Source: Promethearchaeota archaeon (GTDB taxonomy: Archaea > Asgardarchaeota > Lokiarchaeia > Sigyniarchaeales > SOKP01). From it: a DNA stretch of 24,991 nt. Position 1 is the stretch's first letter. Every line of letters begins with the position of its first letter. Shown here piece after piece: positions 7,041-16,683 of this stretch. The notes under the pieces were generated by a model. The model was not told the DNA's origin. It saw only the letters and a program-made list of their open reading frames with translations, and did not search any database. The DNA lies in the NCBI GenBank assembly GCA_016839765.1, contig JAEOTP010000052.1:1-24991 (forward strand), in the 5' to 3' direction. The position numbers were made by a program, and so were the translations under genes.

Positions 7041-9440
7041 TTGGCTACTACAACTAATTCTGAGCGAATTAATAGATTAAAAGAAAACCTACTATCAAGT
7101 AAATATGAATTGTGCATTGAGCGTATGAAATTTTTTACTGAAATTTATAAAAGAAATCCAAATGACTCTGAAGTCATTAAAAGAGCGAAATCAGTGGCCC
7201 ATACATTAAGAAATATGACAATTTTCATTAGACAGAATGAATTGTTAGTTGGAAATGAAACAAGCAAGAATCTAGGTGAAAAAATCAATTTAGACCTACA
7301 AAGATATGATAATAGTCTAGAGAAAAGGATAACATTTAAGAAATTAGCAAGAAGAAAACTTCAACCTTTTTTTATAGAGGAAAAAGAAATTGAGGATTTA
7401 TTAGAAATTATCCCTTTTTGGAAGGATAAAGCATTGATTGATTGTAGAATCAATAAGAGACTCCTTGAAGAAGGGCTTATACCTGGAACAGGAATAATTT
7501 CTTCATTAACTCCTAATATTGCAATTCAAGTAGGTCCTACAGAAGGTCATTTATGCGCGGGATATAAAAAAATATTAAATTTAGGATATAAAGGAATTAT
7601 TGAAGAAACGGAATTATATCAAAATAAATTAGATAAGAATGATAAAGATTTTCAAGAAAAATACGATTTCTATGAAGCAGTAATGATATACTATAAAGCT
7701 GCTATAGTTTTTTCTAAAAGGTTTTCAGATTTAGCTTTTTCTATGGCTAAGAAAGAACTAAATGAAAGGCGTAAGGTTGAATTAGAAGTTATAGGAAAAA
7801 TGATGAATAAATTCTGTTCAGAACCTCCAACATCTTTTTATGAAGCTGTTCAATTTATTTGGTTTACTCAAAATATTATTAATATTATTTATCAGAGAAG
7901 CGTTGTTGCATTAGGGCGTTTAGATCAGATCCTATGGCCATATTATGAAAAGGATATCGAATTAGGTGTTTTAACTCGAGATTTTGCCTTAGAATTAATA
8001 GAGGAATTAAATTTAAAGCTGACGTGGAACGTGACTTTACTACCTACTGATTTTACAATGGTTGCTAATGCCCTTGGTCAAAATACTCAAACAGTTACGA
8101 TATCTGGAATGGATACGCAAGGGAATGATGCAACAAACGAAATTTCATATTTATTCCTTGAAGCATATAAAAATGTGAAAGTTATTACGACTGATTTATC
8201 TGTAAGAATTCATCAAAATACTCCAAAAGATTTCTTTACAGAAGCTGTCAAATTATTTAGATATACTTCTGGAATTGCTTTTTATAATGATGAGATAATT
8301 ATTCCTGCTTTAACCAAGGCCGGTTATAATCTAGAGGATGCTCGAGATTATGTAATTATTGGATGTGTTGAACCTACAGGTCAAGGAAATAGTTTTGCTG
8401 CCACAGCACGTATGTTTATGAATCTACCTGGCGTATTAGAATTAACATTAAATAATGGTTATAATAATATGTCAAATACGATTGCTGGCCTACAAACAGG
8501 GGATATCTCAAATTTTTTAACACTTGATGATTTATATACTGCTTTCATCAAACAACTTCAATATAATATTGAAAGAAGCATAAAGATAGCTGAAATTGGA
8601 GATATAGAAGCAATGAAATATATGCAACACCCTTTTATATCAGCTACTTTAGATGGATGTTTGGAAAGCGGAAAAGATTACGTTTGCGGTGGAGCAAAAT
8701 ATAACTACTCATCTATCACGGCTTATGGATTTGCCACCTTGGTTGATTCTTTCTATAATATAAAAAAAGTCGTTTATGAAGAGAAGTTGTTAACTTTACC
8801 TGAATTAGTAAAAATTCTGAATAATAATTTTGAAGGACAAGAAGCGTTTCGACAGCAATTAGTTAATAAATACGGTAAATGGGGAAATGATAAAGAGGAA
8901 ATTGATGCTTTAGCTGTAAAATTATGGAAACTATTCACATCGGAAGTGACCAAGCATAAACCTATTAGAGGAGGTAGATATAGCGCGGGGGCTTATTCTA
9001 TGGGTATTCATGTTATGGAAGGTTTTTTTACCCAGCCAACTGCTGATGGGAGAAAAGCAATGCAGGCTATATCAAATAGTTTATCTCCAGTAAATAAAAC
9101 AGAAAAAAATGGAATTACCGCCATTTTGAATTCACTTGCCAAATTAAATTATAATAATGCAACTAATGGAGTAGCCGTGAATGTGCGTATCCATCCTCAG
9201 AATCTTCAAAATGAAGAAAATATTGAGAAATTTTATAATTTAGTAAAATCTTATTTCGATTCTGGAGGAATGCAAATTCAACCTACTGTAGTATCAACAG
9301 ACACACTTAAAGATGCTCAAAAACATCCCGAAAATTATCCAGACTTAATTGTAAAAGTTGGAGGATATAACGCTACTTTCATCGATCTTGGGACACCTAT
9401 CCAAAACGATATCATAGATCGATTAGAAAATAAGTTCTAA
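7041..9440 (+). CDS. Glycyl radical enzyme, PFL2/dehydratase-like clade (substrate unknown)
   Basis: 799 aa; ELLVGN, LGRLDQILWPYY, active-site Cys loop IIGCVEP, TADGR and C-terminal glycyl loop AQKHPENYPDLIVKVGGY. TTG start after GGAG. Confidence 0.92.
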   Translation: MATTTNSERINRLKENLLSSKYELCIERMKFFTEIYKRNPNDSEVIKRAKSVAHTLRNMTIFIRQNELLVGNETSKNLGEKINLDLQRYDNSLEKRITFKKLARRKLQPFFIEEKEIEDLLEIIPFWKDKALIDCRINKRLLEEGLIPGTGIISSLTPNIAIQVGPTEGHLCAGYKKILNLGYKGIIEETELYQNKLDKNDKDFQEKYDFYEAVMIYYKAAIVFSKRFSDLAFSMAKKELNERRKVELEVIGKMMNKFCSEPPTSFYEAVQFIWFTQNIINIIYQRSVVALGRLDQILWPYYEKDIELGVLTRDFALELIEELNLKLTWNVTLLPTDFTMVANALGQNTQTVTISGMDTQGNDATNEISYLFLEAYKNVKVITTDLSVRIHQNTPKDFFTEAVKLFRYTSGIAFYNDEIIIPALTKAGYNLEDARDYVIIGCVEPTGQGNSFAATARMFMNLPGVLELTLNNGYNNMSNTIAGLQTGDISNFLTLDDLYTAFIKQLQYNIERSIKIAEIGDIEAMKYMQHPFISATLDGCLESGKDYVCGGAKYNYSSITAYGFATLVDSFYNIKKVVYEEKLLTLPELVKILNNNFEGQEAFRQQLVNKYGKWGNDKEEIDALAVKLWKLFTSEVTKHKPIRGGRYSAGAYSMGIHVMEGFFTQPTADGRKAMQAISNSLSPVNKTEKNGITAILNSLAKLNYNNATNGVAVNVRIHPQNLQNEENIEKFYNLVKSYFDSGGMQIQPTVVSTDTLKDAQKHPENYPDLIVKVGGYNATFIDLGTPIQNDIIDRLENKF

Positions 9441-9587
9441 GCAATTTCTCTATTTGTCTCTTAAAAATATTTGTTTAAACCAGATAAAAATAATTTTATA
9501 TTTATGAGATTCAATTAAATATTGTTACCTAAATAATATAATTTTATTTATACGATTTTGTATTCTTTATTTAGGAGGAATCTGAAA

Positions 9588-10556
9588 ATGGAATACTTAA
9601 AAGAAGATAATGATAGAGCTAGAAAAATTCTTTTTACCGGATTAGATACAGCAGGGAAAACTTCAATTATTTTGACTTTAAAGAAGGAATTTTCCAAGAT
9701 TGCTGTAATCTCACCAACACAAGGAGCCCAAAGAAGAATATTTGATTTTTTAGATATTGAAATAAGTGAATGGGATTTGGGAGGACAAGAATCTTACCGA
9801 ATTTCTTATTTAAGAAATCCAAATATGTATTTTGATAATACTGAAATTGCCATCTTCGTGATAGATATCCAAAATGAGGAGAGAATTCCTGAAGCAATAA
9901 GTTATTTAAAAGATGTTATTGACCAATTTTACAAGTTAAAAATTCAGCCCCCTATTAACATCTTTTTTCATAAGTATGATCCTGATTTCCCTGATGATAT
10001 TAAAGAAAATTGGGAAGAACTCATTAGTAAATTAAAACAGGAAATTAATAATGAAACTCAATACGACAAACTTTCTTTTTATATAACCTCTATATATAAC
10101 CTCCCCTCAATAATGTTTACAGTATCTGAAATTCTATTAAATTTATACCCAAAAGCTCAATTGATTAAAAAGACTATTAGTGAATTTTGCAATAAAATAA
10201 ACTGCTCCAGTATGCTAATTTTAGATCAAAATGGGCTAATTATTGGTTCATATTTTAAAGAAAAAGAATCTAAAGAGCTTATTAAACAAATTATACCATA
10301 TTTCATTAAATTTGATAATAAAATTCAGAAGGATAATAATTTAGGCGGTGATATCAAGGATCAGTTAATTTTTCAACGATCAAAATATTATTTCTTATTT
10401 AGAAGGATACTATTAGAAAATGCTCCTTCTCCTTGGTATCTCATCTTACTTAAGAAGGGATATTATTTCTTTAAAGAACAAGTTTTTGAACCATTAATTA
10501 ATATGCTTAAACCGATTATTTATAGACAAATTTTAAGCAAGCCTTATGCGTTTTAA
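9588..10556 (+). CDS. Small GTPase (Arf/Rag-like) fused to C-terminal roadblock/longin-like domain
   Basis: G1 GLDTAGKTS, G2 PTQG, G3 WDLGGQ, G4 HKYD, G5 TSI; C-terminal MLILDQNGLIIG roadblock-type hairpin. Start moved from TTG 9558 to ATG 9588 because AGGAGG sits just upstream of it. Confidence 0.88.
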   Translation: MEYLKEDNDRARKILFTGLDTAGKTSIILTLKKEFSKIAVISPTQGAQRRIFDFLDIEISEWDLGGQESYRISYLRNPNMYFDNTEIAIFVIDIQNEERIPEAISYLKDVIDQFYKLKIQPPINIFFHKYDPDFPDDIKENWEELISKLKQEINNETQYDKLSFYITSIYNLPSIMFTVSEILLNLYPKAQLIKKTISEFCNKINCSSMLILDQNGLIIGSYFKEKESKELIKQIIPYFIKFDNKIQKDNNLGGDIKDQLIFQRSKYYFLFRRILLENAPSPWYLILLKKGYYFFKEQVFEPLINMLKPIIYRQILSKPYAF

Positions 10557-10624
10557 AAAATCTTTTTGATCATCAATAAAAAATAAACTTAACATTTTTA
10601 AGATAAAGTATTAGTTTAGATATT

Positions 10625-10777
10625 ATGAGCTCTGTAAATTTGAAAATTAATGAGAAAGAGATCCCATTAAACGAATTAATGGAAAATATGTTAACAAACA
10701 TAATTTTAGGGTATTTAAAATCAGCTAAGAAGACTCCTGAAGAAATAGAGCATATAAAAATCGAAATTGAATTATAA
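10625..10777 (+). CDS. 50-aa small protein resembling the C-terminal extension of archaeal MobB proteins
   Basis: Below the ORF-track cutoff: MSSVNLKINEKEIPLNELMENMLTNIILGYLKSAKKTPEEIEHIKIEIEL*. It is followed by an oligo-T tract. The family resemblance is from memory of the V-x-L-x-I-N-x-x-x-I-P-L-N pattern. Confidence 0.7.
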   Translation: MSSVNLKINEKEIPLNELMENMLTNIILGYLKSAKKTPEEIEHIKIEIEL

Positions 10778-10900
10778 TTTTTTTATTTCTTATTTTTTTA
10801 TACTTAGTTCTTTATTAAAATTATAAATTTTTTTATACTGTAAAAAACAATCTATTTTTAAAATCTTAAATTTAAATTACAAATCTTAAATTGAGCAAAA

Positions 10901-12244
10901 ATGTCTGAAACTAAATCTGTTGGAAAATTCAATACTAAATTGATTTTTTTCATAGCTTTAGCTTTTTTTACGACTGAATTAGCATGGAGTTTATATAACG
11001 CAAGGGTGAGTAAGCTATTATTTGATTATTTAGGCCTTTTAAGTCTTGTAGGAATATGGATGGCACTTGATAATTTAATTGGTGTTATCCTTCAACCCAT
11101 TATGGGTTCGATTTCTGACAATACACGTTCTAGATTTGGAAGAAGAATGCCTTACATCATAATTGGCATACCTGCTGGTGCTCTTTTTTTTGCTTTAATT
11201 CCAACACAACAAAACTTAACGCAATTGATAATTTGGATGTTTCTTTTTGGAATCGCTATGGGATTTTATAGAGCACAGGCTGTTTCACTAATGCCAGATT
11301 TTATTGAGCCTGTAAATAGGAGTAAAGGTAATGCTATCATTAATATGATGGGAGGACTTGGAGGAGTAATTGGATATGGATTAAGTTTAGTAGCAGGATT
11401 AATAACATTACAGGGTGCTTTCATTGTAGCTTCAGTTTTAATGGTAGTATCTTTATTTATTTTAATATGGAAAGTAGATGAGAAAGAATCTTATGGCTAT
11501 AAAGCATTGCTCGAGAGAGAAGAGTTAGAAGGCAAAAAGATCAAAGAAGGCAAGAAGAAACCAAGTATAATTACAAGTTTTAAGGATATTTTAAAAGAGG
11601 AAGATAAAAGTACTATAATAATGGGATTATCAATTTTCTTTTGGTTTATCGCCTTTCAAGGATTAGCTGCACTTCTTACTATATATGGTACAAATGTTTT
11701 ATTACAAAATGAAAACTTTTCGGGGTTTTTAGCCTTTTTTGTAGCATTACCTATCATAATATTTGCGTATCCATTCGCGATTGTAGCTGGAAAAATTGGC
11801 AGGAGAAATGCGATCAAAATAGGATTAACAATTATGGTAACATGTTTACTTTTAATATTCTTTATTGGATGGAGTATGAGAGCAGAAGGTTTAATTTTCA
11901 TAATTATACTTTTAGTTATTGGGGGAATAGGTTGGTCTTTTGTAAATGTTAATTCAATTGTTATCATTTGGGAATTAGCCCCTACAGATGAAAAAATAGG
12001 CACATATACGGGTATTTATTACTTTTTTAGTTTTTTAGCAGCCATTACAGGCCCTTATGTATTGGGAGGTCTTACTGACCTGTTCAATAATCCATTATTA
12101 GGGATCCCACCTTATACTCTAGTATTAAATGCTGCCATCTTTCTCATAATTGCATTAATCCTAATGTTTTTCGTCAAAAGAGGAGAAGTTAAACTTACAG
12201 AAGAGGAAAAAATAGCAAGACAAAAAGCTATAGCAGAATTATAA
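10901..12244 (+). CDS. MFS transporter (GPH / maltose-sucrose permease-like)
   Basis: About 12 hydrophobic segments; QPIMGSISDNTRSRFGRRMPYI and KIGRR loop motifs. Confidence 0.9.
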   Translation: MSETKSVGKFNTKLIFFIALAFFTTELAWSLYNARVSKLLFDYLGLLSLVGIWMALDNLIGVILQPIMGSISDNTRSRFGRRMPYIIIGIPAGALFFALIPTQQNLTQLIIWMFLFGIAMGFYRAQAVSLMPDFIEPVNRSKGNAIINMMGGLGGVIGYGLSLVAGLITLQGAFIVASVLMVVSLFILIWKVDEKESYGYKALLEREELEGKKIKEGKKKPSIITSFKDILKEEDKSTIIMGLSIFFWFIAFQGLAALLTIYGTNVLLQNENFSGFLAFFVALPIIIFAYPFAIVAGKIGRRNAIKIGLTIMVTCLLLIFFIGWSMRAEGLIFIIILLVIGGIGWSFVNVNSIVIIWELAPTDEKIGTYTGIYYFFSFLAAITGPYVLGGLTDLFNNPLLGIPPYTLVLNAAIFLIIALILMFFVKRGEVKLTEEEKIARQKAIAEL

Positions 12245-12260
12245 CTTTCTTTTTTTTTTA
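12245..12260 (+). terminator. Oligo-T terminator candidate
   Basis: ctttc followed by a long T run directly after the MFS stop codon. Confidence 0.35.
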
Positions 12261-12371
12261 TTATTAACACGTTCAAAAATTTAATTATACATTTAAAAGA
12301 ATTTTATAGTTTTTCTTAATTTTAATGAAATATATTTAATGAACTATATAATTTAATTTGGGGGTAAAAAA

Positions 12372-13256
12372 GTGCAACTCGAACCTGAATGTATTGGCTG
12401 TTTATTTAATCAAATTTTAAGAGCGTTTAAACTTTTAGATCCAAACATTTCACGTGAAAGGATTCTTAATGCTCAAAAAAAGTTAATGAAATATCTAATT
12501 AATTTAGATTTCAATAAAAATGCATCTCCTATTGTGGGGAAAAAAGCATATGGATTAGTAGCAGAAACATTAGGTTTTACTGATCCTTACTTATCTCTGA
12601 AAGAACAACAAAATCAACTTGCTTTAGGTATATATGATGAAGTTAAAAAGATAGTAGAAGCTGCAAAGGACCCTTTATTTGAAGCTATTGGAGTTGCGGC
12701 TCTAAGTAATACAATTGATCTCGCAGCACAACATAAAATTGATTTTATTAATGATATAAAGAATTTTTCACCTGAGAATTTAGTTATAAATGATTATAAA
12801 GAATTTAAAAAAGCTCTTGAAGCATTACCTCATCTTTTAATCATTGGAGATAATAATGGAGAAATTGTATTTGACAAATTACTTATTGAAACTATTTTAA
12901 AGCTATATCCTAATTTGAAAATAGTTTATTCTGTAAGATCTGCCCCTATCATTAATGATGTAACCATACAGGATGCACAATTTATTGGAATTACGGATTT
13001 AGTAGAAGTTATAGAATCAAGTCCGACTCCTGGGGTCGATTTATCCAGTTCCACTAATGAATTTAAGAAATATTTCTTTTTACCAGAGGGAATAATTTTA
13101 TCAAAAGGTCAAGGAAATTTTGAAAGCCTATATGGAATGGAAATTCCAAATAAGCAATTGTTCTATTTATTGAAAGCAAAATGCACTTTAATGGAAAGAA
13201 TATTCAAGGTCGAGCTAGGAGATTTAATATTTAAGAAAAAAACATCTAATTTTTAA
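12372..13256 (+). CDS. DUF89 / ARMT1-like damage-control phosphatase
   Basis: N-terminal ECIGC, DPY, N-x-I-D, DNNGEIVFD, PIINDVT, SKGQGNFESL and LLKAKC. GTG start 6 nt after GGGGT. Confidence 0.92.
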   Translation: MQLEPECIGCLFNQILRAFKLLDPNISRERILNAQKKLMKYLINLDFNKNASPIVGKKAYGLVAETLGFTDPYLSLKEQQNQLALGIYDEVKKIVEAAKDPLFEAIGVAALSNTIDLAAQHKIDFINDIKNFSPENLVINDYKEFKKALEALPHLLIIGDNNGEIVFDKLLIETILKLYPNLKIVYSVRSAPIINDVTIQDAQFIGITDLVEVIESSPTPGVDLSSSTNEFKKYFFLPEGIILSKGQGNFESLYGMEIPNKQLFYLLKAKCTLMERIFKVELGDLIFKKKTSNF

Positions 13257-13286
13257 TCAAGATGGCAAAAAGATACACTTTATATA

Positions 13287-13769
13287 TTAATCTTCGTGGT
13301 TCCTCATTCTAGTAATAGTTTCTGTGAAAAAACCAAAATCTCCTGAGCCTTTAAGTTTTTCAAAATATTCTTTTATTTGTTGAAATAAGATTTTTTTAAA
13401 GGAATCAAACATACATACATCCACACACTCATTAATTTCATTCTTATAAAGAGAATAAAACATATCTAATGATTTTTCGGCTTCTTCTCGAATATTGTGT
13501 TTCATAAATTCCTTATCCATTATTGCAATTAAAATAAGGTTATGCTTACTCACAATTATCATCTGTATATCCAAGCCTTTAATAGTAATCTCTTGGATTT
13601 TTCCCATATTCTCCTCTCCGAATAGAGAAAGTGCTCCAACAAAAGAAGAAAGCAAAATTGGATTAATTTCTGAATCTAAAATTAAATCTAATAAATATAC
13701 CCCAGTTTCTTTGCAAATAACAATTCCTTTTAATAATTTCGAAACTTCAGTTTCAATGTCTAAACTAAT
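13287..13769 (-). CDS. Longin/roadblock-like domain protein
   Basis: The ORF track starts at TTG 13655, but the frame stays open upstream and encodes ISLDIETEVSKLLKGIVICKETGVYLLDLILDSEINPI, the first strands expected before LLSSFVGALSLFGEE. Proposed start is ATT at 13769, 6 nt after GGGGT. Confidence 0.72.
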   Translation of the reverse strand: MSLDIETEVSKLLKGIVICKETGVYLLDLILDSEINPILLSSFVGALSLFGEENMGKIQEITIKGLDIQMIIVSKHNLILIAIMDKEFMKHNIREEAEKSLDMFYSLYKNEINECVDVCMFDSFKKILFQQIKEYFEKLKGSGDFGFFTETITRMRNHED

Positions 13770-13981
13770 TTTAAAACCCCATAACTTGTAATTAGATGAT
13801 TTCTAAAAATGCAATAACATAATAATATTAATCCTTTTAAACTGTTTTCATATTTAGCAAGATTCATAATATTAGAAGATATAGCTTGAAAACTTTTTAA
13901 ATTGTAGAATTTCTAAAATTTCGTTATTAAAAGAATACTAATTATTTGAAAAATAAAAGTGGGAAGTATAAAAAAAAGATT

Positions 13982-14851
13982 TTATTCTAAAGTTTCCCTA
14001 ATTTTTTTCACAATCGATTTAAACGCCTTAGCACTTTCAGTATCTGGATTTTTTAAAACAAATGGTAACCCTTGGTCTCCTTGTTGACTAATTTCAGTTT
14101 CAAAAGGTATCTTTCCTAAAAGAGTAATCCCAAAATCTATAGAAGCTTTTTCAGCTCCCCCTGGGGGATAGAGATCAATATAATTATTACAATGAGGACA
14201 ACTAAAACCAGACATGTTCTCAATAATTCCAAGAACTTTTCTCTGCATTGTTTGTGCCATCGCTATTGTTTTTCTTGCATCCATGAGGGCAACCTCTTGA
14301 GGCGTGGATACAACAATTATATTTTCATCAGGTATCAATTGTAAAATATCTAAAGTCTCATCGGATGTACCAGGTGGTAAATCACAAATCAAATAATCAA
14401 GTTCACCCCATACAGCATCACCAAGAAACTGACGTACTGCTCCCATTTTCATTGGACCTCTCCAAATAACAGGAGTATCACTGTTTTGGGTTAAAAATGC
14501 CATACTCATTACTTTTATATTTAGTGGGCCATTTACAGGATAGAACCTTTTGGCCTCAGGATCAACCCGTGGCCTGATTTCAGGGTTAATTCCAAGCATC
14601 TTATTTACATTAGGTCCAGTAATATCCACATCTAATAATCCTACTCTCAATCCTATACTTGCTAAACTCATAGCAAGATTTACTGCCACAGTTGTCTTAC
14701 CGACACCACCCTTTCCCGAAATAATCACTATTTTATGCTTGATTTTTTCCATATTATTTCTTATATTTTCCATCCGCTCATCTAAAATTTCTTGCTTGGA
14801 CTCTTGGATAGTTTCTTTCAAATTGATATCAGGAATTTCGTTTTCTCCCAT
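13982..14851 (-). CDS. mrp: Mrp/Nbp35/ApbC Fe-S cluster carrier ATPase
   Basis: SGKGGVGKTT, DVDITGP, PVIWRGPMK, DLPPGTSD, STPQEVA and ENMSGFSCPHC. There is no N-terminal Cys cluster. Confidence 0.95.
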   Translation of the reverse strand: MGENEIPDINLKETIQESKQEILDERMENIRNNMEKIKHKIVIISGKGGVGKTTVAVNLAMSLASIGLRVGLLDVDITGPNVNKMLGINPEIRPRVDPEAKRFYPVNGPLNIKVMSMAFLTQNSDTPVIWRGPMKMGAVRQFLGDAVWGELDYLICDLPPGTSDETLDILQLIPDENIIVVSTPQEVALMDARKTIAMAQTMQRKVLGIIENMSGFSCPHCNNYIDLYPPGGAEKASIDFGITLLGKIPFETEISQQGDQGLPFVLKNPDTESAKAFKSIVKKIRETLE

Positions 14852-14910
14852 AATCTATACTCATCTAATTTTAGATTTTTAATTTCTTTCTTTTCTTAAT
14901 TTATTACTTT

Positions 14911-14954
14911 AATATTAAGGATTCATTAAAGTCCTTTAATTTATTCTTAATATT
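14911..14954. repeat. 44-nt imperfect inverted repeat upstream of mrp
   Basis: aatattaag-gattc-attaaag-tc-ctttaat-ttatt-cttaatatt, with nested 9-bp and 7-bp arms. Confidence 0.45.
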
Positions 14955-15020
14955 TTGAAATCTCTAACAAGATTTAAATTATATTTTCACTAGTATCAAA
15001 TGAAAAATATTATAAAAAAT

Positions 15021-15038
15021 TTTTGAATAATTATTCTT
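15021..15038. promoter_or_regulatory. Palindromic operator candidate (GAATAATTATTC) in the intergenic region upstream of mrp
   Basis: ttttgaataattattctt is identical over 18 nt to 3048-3065. Confidence 0.4.
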
Positions 15039-15045
15039 AATTTTG

Positions 15046-16272
15046 TTATCCAAAAAACAGCATCAATAGGAAGGCGATTATTGTGGTGAAGAATAATAAA
15101 CTTATAATTCCACAAATAATATAGATTATTCTTTTATATACTTGAAAATCTATTAATTTCCTTATATTTCTTTTATTACTTTTTTTCAGTGCATTAATTA
15201 ATTGAGCAGAATGATAAATTATTACCCCAATAATTAATGAAATTGGAAGAACCCAAAAATTTGGAAACCCTATCAAGCTATAAATTTCTCCTGTATTAAA
15301 ATCCATGATTATTATTGTGCCTGTCGTTAGACCACCAACTATAAGTCTTCCATCTTCTAATAAATCTGCTTCATAAGGATTAGAAAAAAAAGGTGATTTT
15401 ATTTCTCGAACTATTTTCAATGAATTCATATCATAAACTAATAAGCGATTATTACCCGAATCCGTAATTAATCTTTTATTATCCCCTATATCATCGCAGT
15501 CTCTTACCCATCTGAATTTTCCATACGGAGAAATGTTATCTAATTCCCACACAACTTCTTTAGAAGTAGTATTAATTTCAATAATTCTTTCATTTCCAGA
15601 ATCACATATTACAGTATTACCATTTTCATAGCGATCTGGATTGTGTTGATGATTTAGAAGTGAATAATTACCAGGTTCTCCATACCACCAAACTACTTCC
15701 TTTGTCTCACTATAATTAATTTCTAAGACTAAATCGAAATTTCTTAATGATATTAAGATTGAATTATAATTGCGTCCAAATTGAGAACCATTAATAAAAT
15801 CAACATCATTTAAATGAGTCCAGTACATTCCAAAGATACTCATTTCAGGTGTATAATCAATTTCATCCCATCCCTGTTCATAAGCAAATGAAGTCCAATT
15901 AATATCCAAGGGATTACTTGCATCCCAGGACCACACAATAGAAGATGCGTTATCTATATCTACCTCTATTACCCTATCATACGAAATGTCCGCTATTAAT
16001 ATATTTCCATTGGGTAGCATATCACAGTCGTGAATAAAATCACCATTTAAATTTGTTTGCCATTTTTCTTTTCCATAAGAGTCAATAATTCGTGCTGGAC
16101 CAGAAACGTCAGAAACCAAGTAATATCCTGCATATTTTCCTTCTGAAATATAGTCTACATCCATTGGATTTTTAACTGGCATAAAAGAGGGCAACACTAC
16201 GAATGATGTTATTGAAATTGAAGTGTATATTACTAATATAACCACTATTATGAGTTGTTTTCTTTTTTGCAT
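15046..16272 (-). CDS. Membrane-anchored arylsulfotransferase (ASST)-like beta-propeller protein
   Basis: N-terminal TM; FIHDCD, WTHLNDVD, ISLRN, HQHNPD and PYEAD motifs; two C-terminal hydrophobic segments. Confidence 0.8.
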   Translation of the reverse strand: MQKRKQLIIVVILVIYTSISITSFVVLPSFMPVKNPMDVDYISEGKYAGYYLVSDVSGPARIIDSYGKEKWQTNLNGDFIHDCDMLPNGNILIADISYDRVIEVDIDNASSIVWSWDASNPLDINWTSFAYEQGWDEIDYTPEMSIFGMYWTHLNDVDFINGSQFGRNYNSILISLRNFDLVLEINYSETKEVVWWYGEPGNYSLLNHQHNPDRYENGNTVICDSGNERIIEINTTSKEVVWELDNISPYGKFRWVRDCDDIGDNKRLITDSGNNRLLVYDMNSLKIVREIKSPFFSNPYEADLLEDGRLIVGGLTTGTIIIMDFNTGEIYSLIGFPNFWVLPISLIIGVIIYHSAQLINALKKSNKRNIRKLIDFQVYKRIIYIICGIISLLFFTTIIAFLLMLFFG

Positions 16273-16294
16273 CTAAAATTTGTACCAATATTCT

Positions 16295-16663
16295 TTAAAA
16301 TCCAATATAAAAGGATAAACTAGCACTAATTAAAAATATTGTGAAGAAGATACCTGAAGACTTTAATGTCAAGCGCCAATTGCTGAATTTTACTTGTTTT
16401 CCTTTTGTAAAATAAGTTTTAGAGAATTTTATTATTAAATAGAATAAAATATGGAAAAGAGATATATATCCAAAAATTTCTATGAAAAGTATAAAGCCCC
16501 TTAGTAAATCTGGAATATAAAAAAGAACTTCTTCAAATAAAACCATTTGTATAGTATAGTGCAAAATACCTCCAATAATCCCAAATGAAAATTTTAACCA
16601 AAAAATGAAAATATCTAATTGATTGGTATCATTCAAATTATCTTCTTTTTTAGTTGCATCCAT
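16295..16663 (-). CDS. Small hypothetical membrane protein (about 3 TM)
   Basis: 122 aa with three hydrophobic segments; co-oriented with and 22 nt from the ASST-like gene. Confidence 0.65.
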   Translation of the reverse strand: MDATKKEDNLNDTNQLDIFIFWLKFSFGIIGGILHYTIQMVLFEEVLFYIPDLLRGFILFIEIFGYISLFHILFYLIIKFSKTYFTKGKQVKFSNWRLTLKSSGIFFTIFLISASLSFYIGF

Positions 16664-16683
16664 ATTGAATCACGAGCATTTAT

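Noticed and set aside
7041-9440. Calling the GRE pyruvate formate-lyase or an alkyl/benzylsuccinate synthase
   Set aside because: There is no adjacent Cys-Cys pair as in PFL. The GCVEP loop is eliminase-like, and no small subunit genes of fumarate-adding enzymes are nearby.
14911-14954. Hairpin as a SECIS element
   Set aside because: No neighbouring intact gene has an in-frame UGA (the FwdB ligand is TGT, Cys), and SECIS core motifs are not evident.
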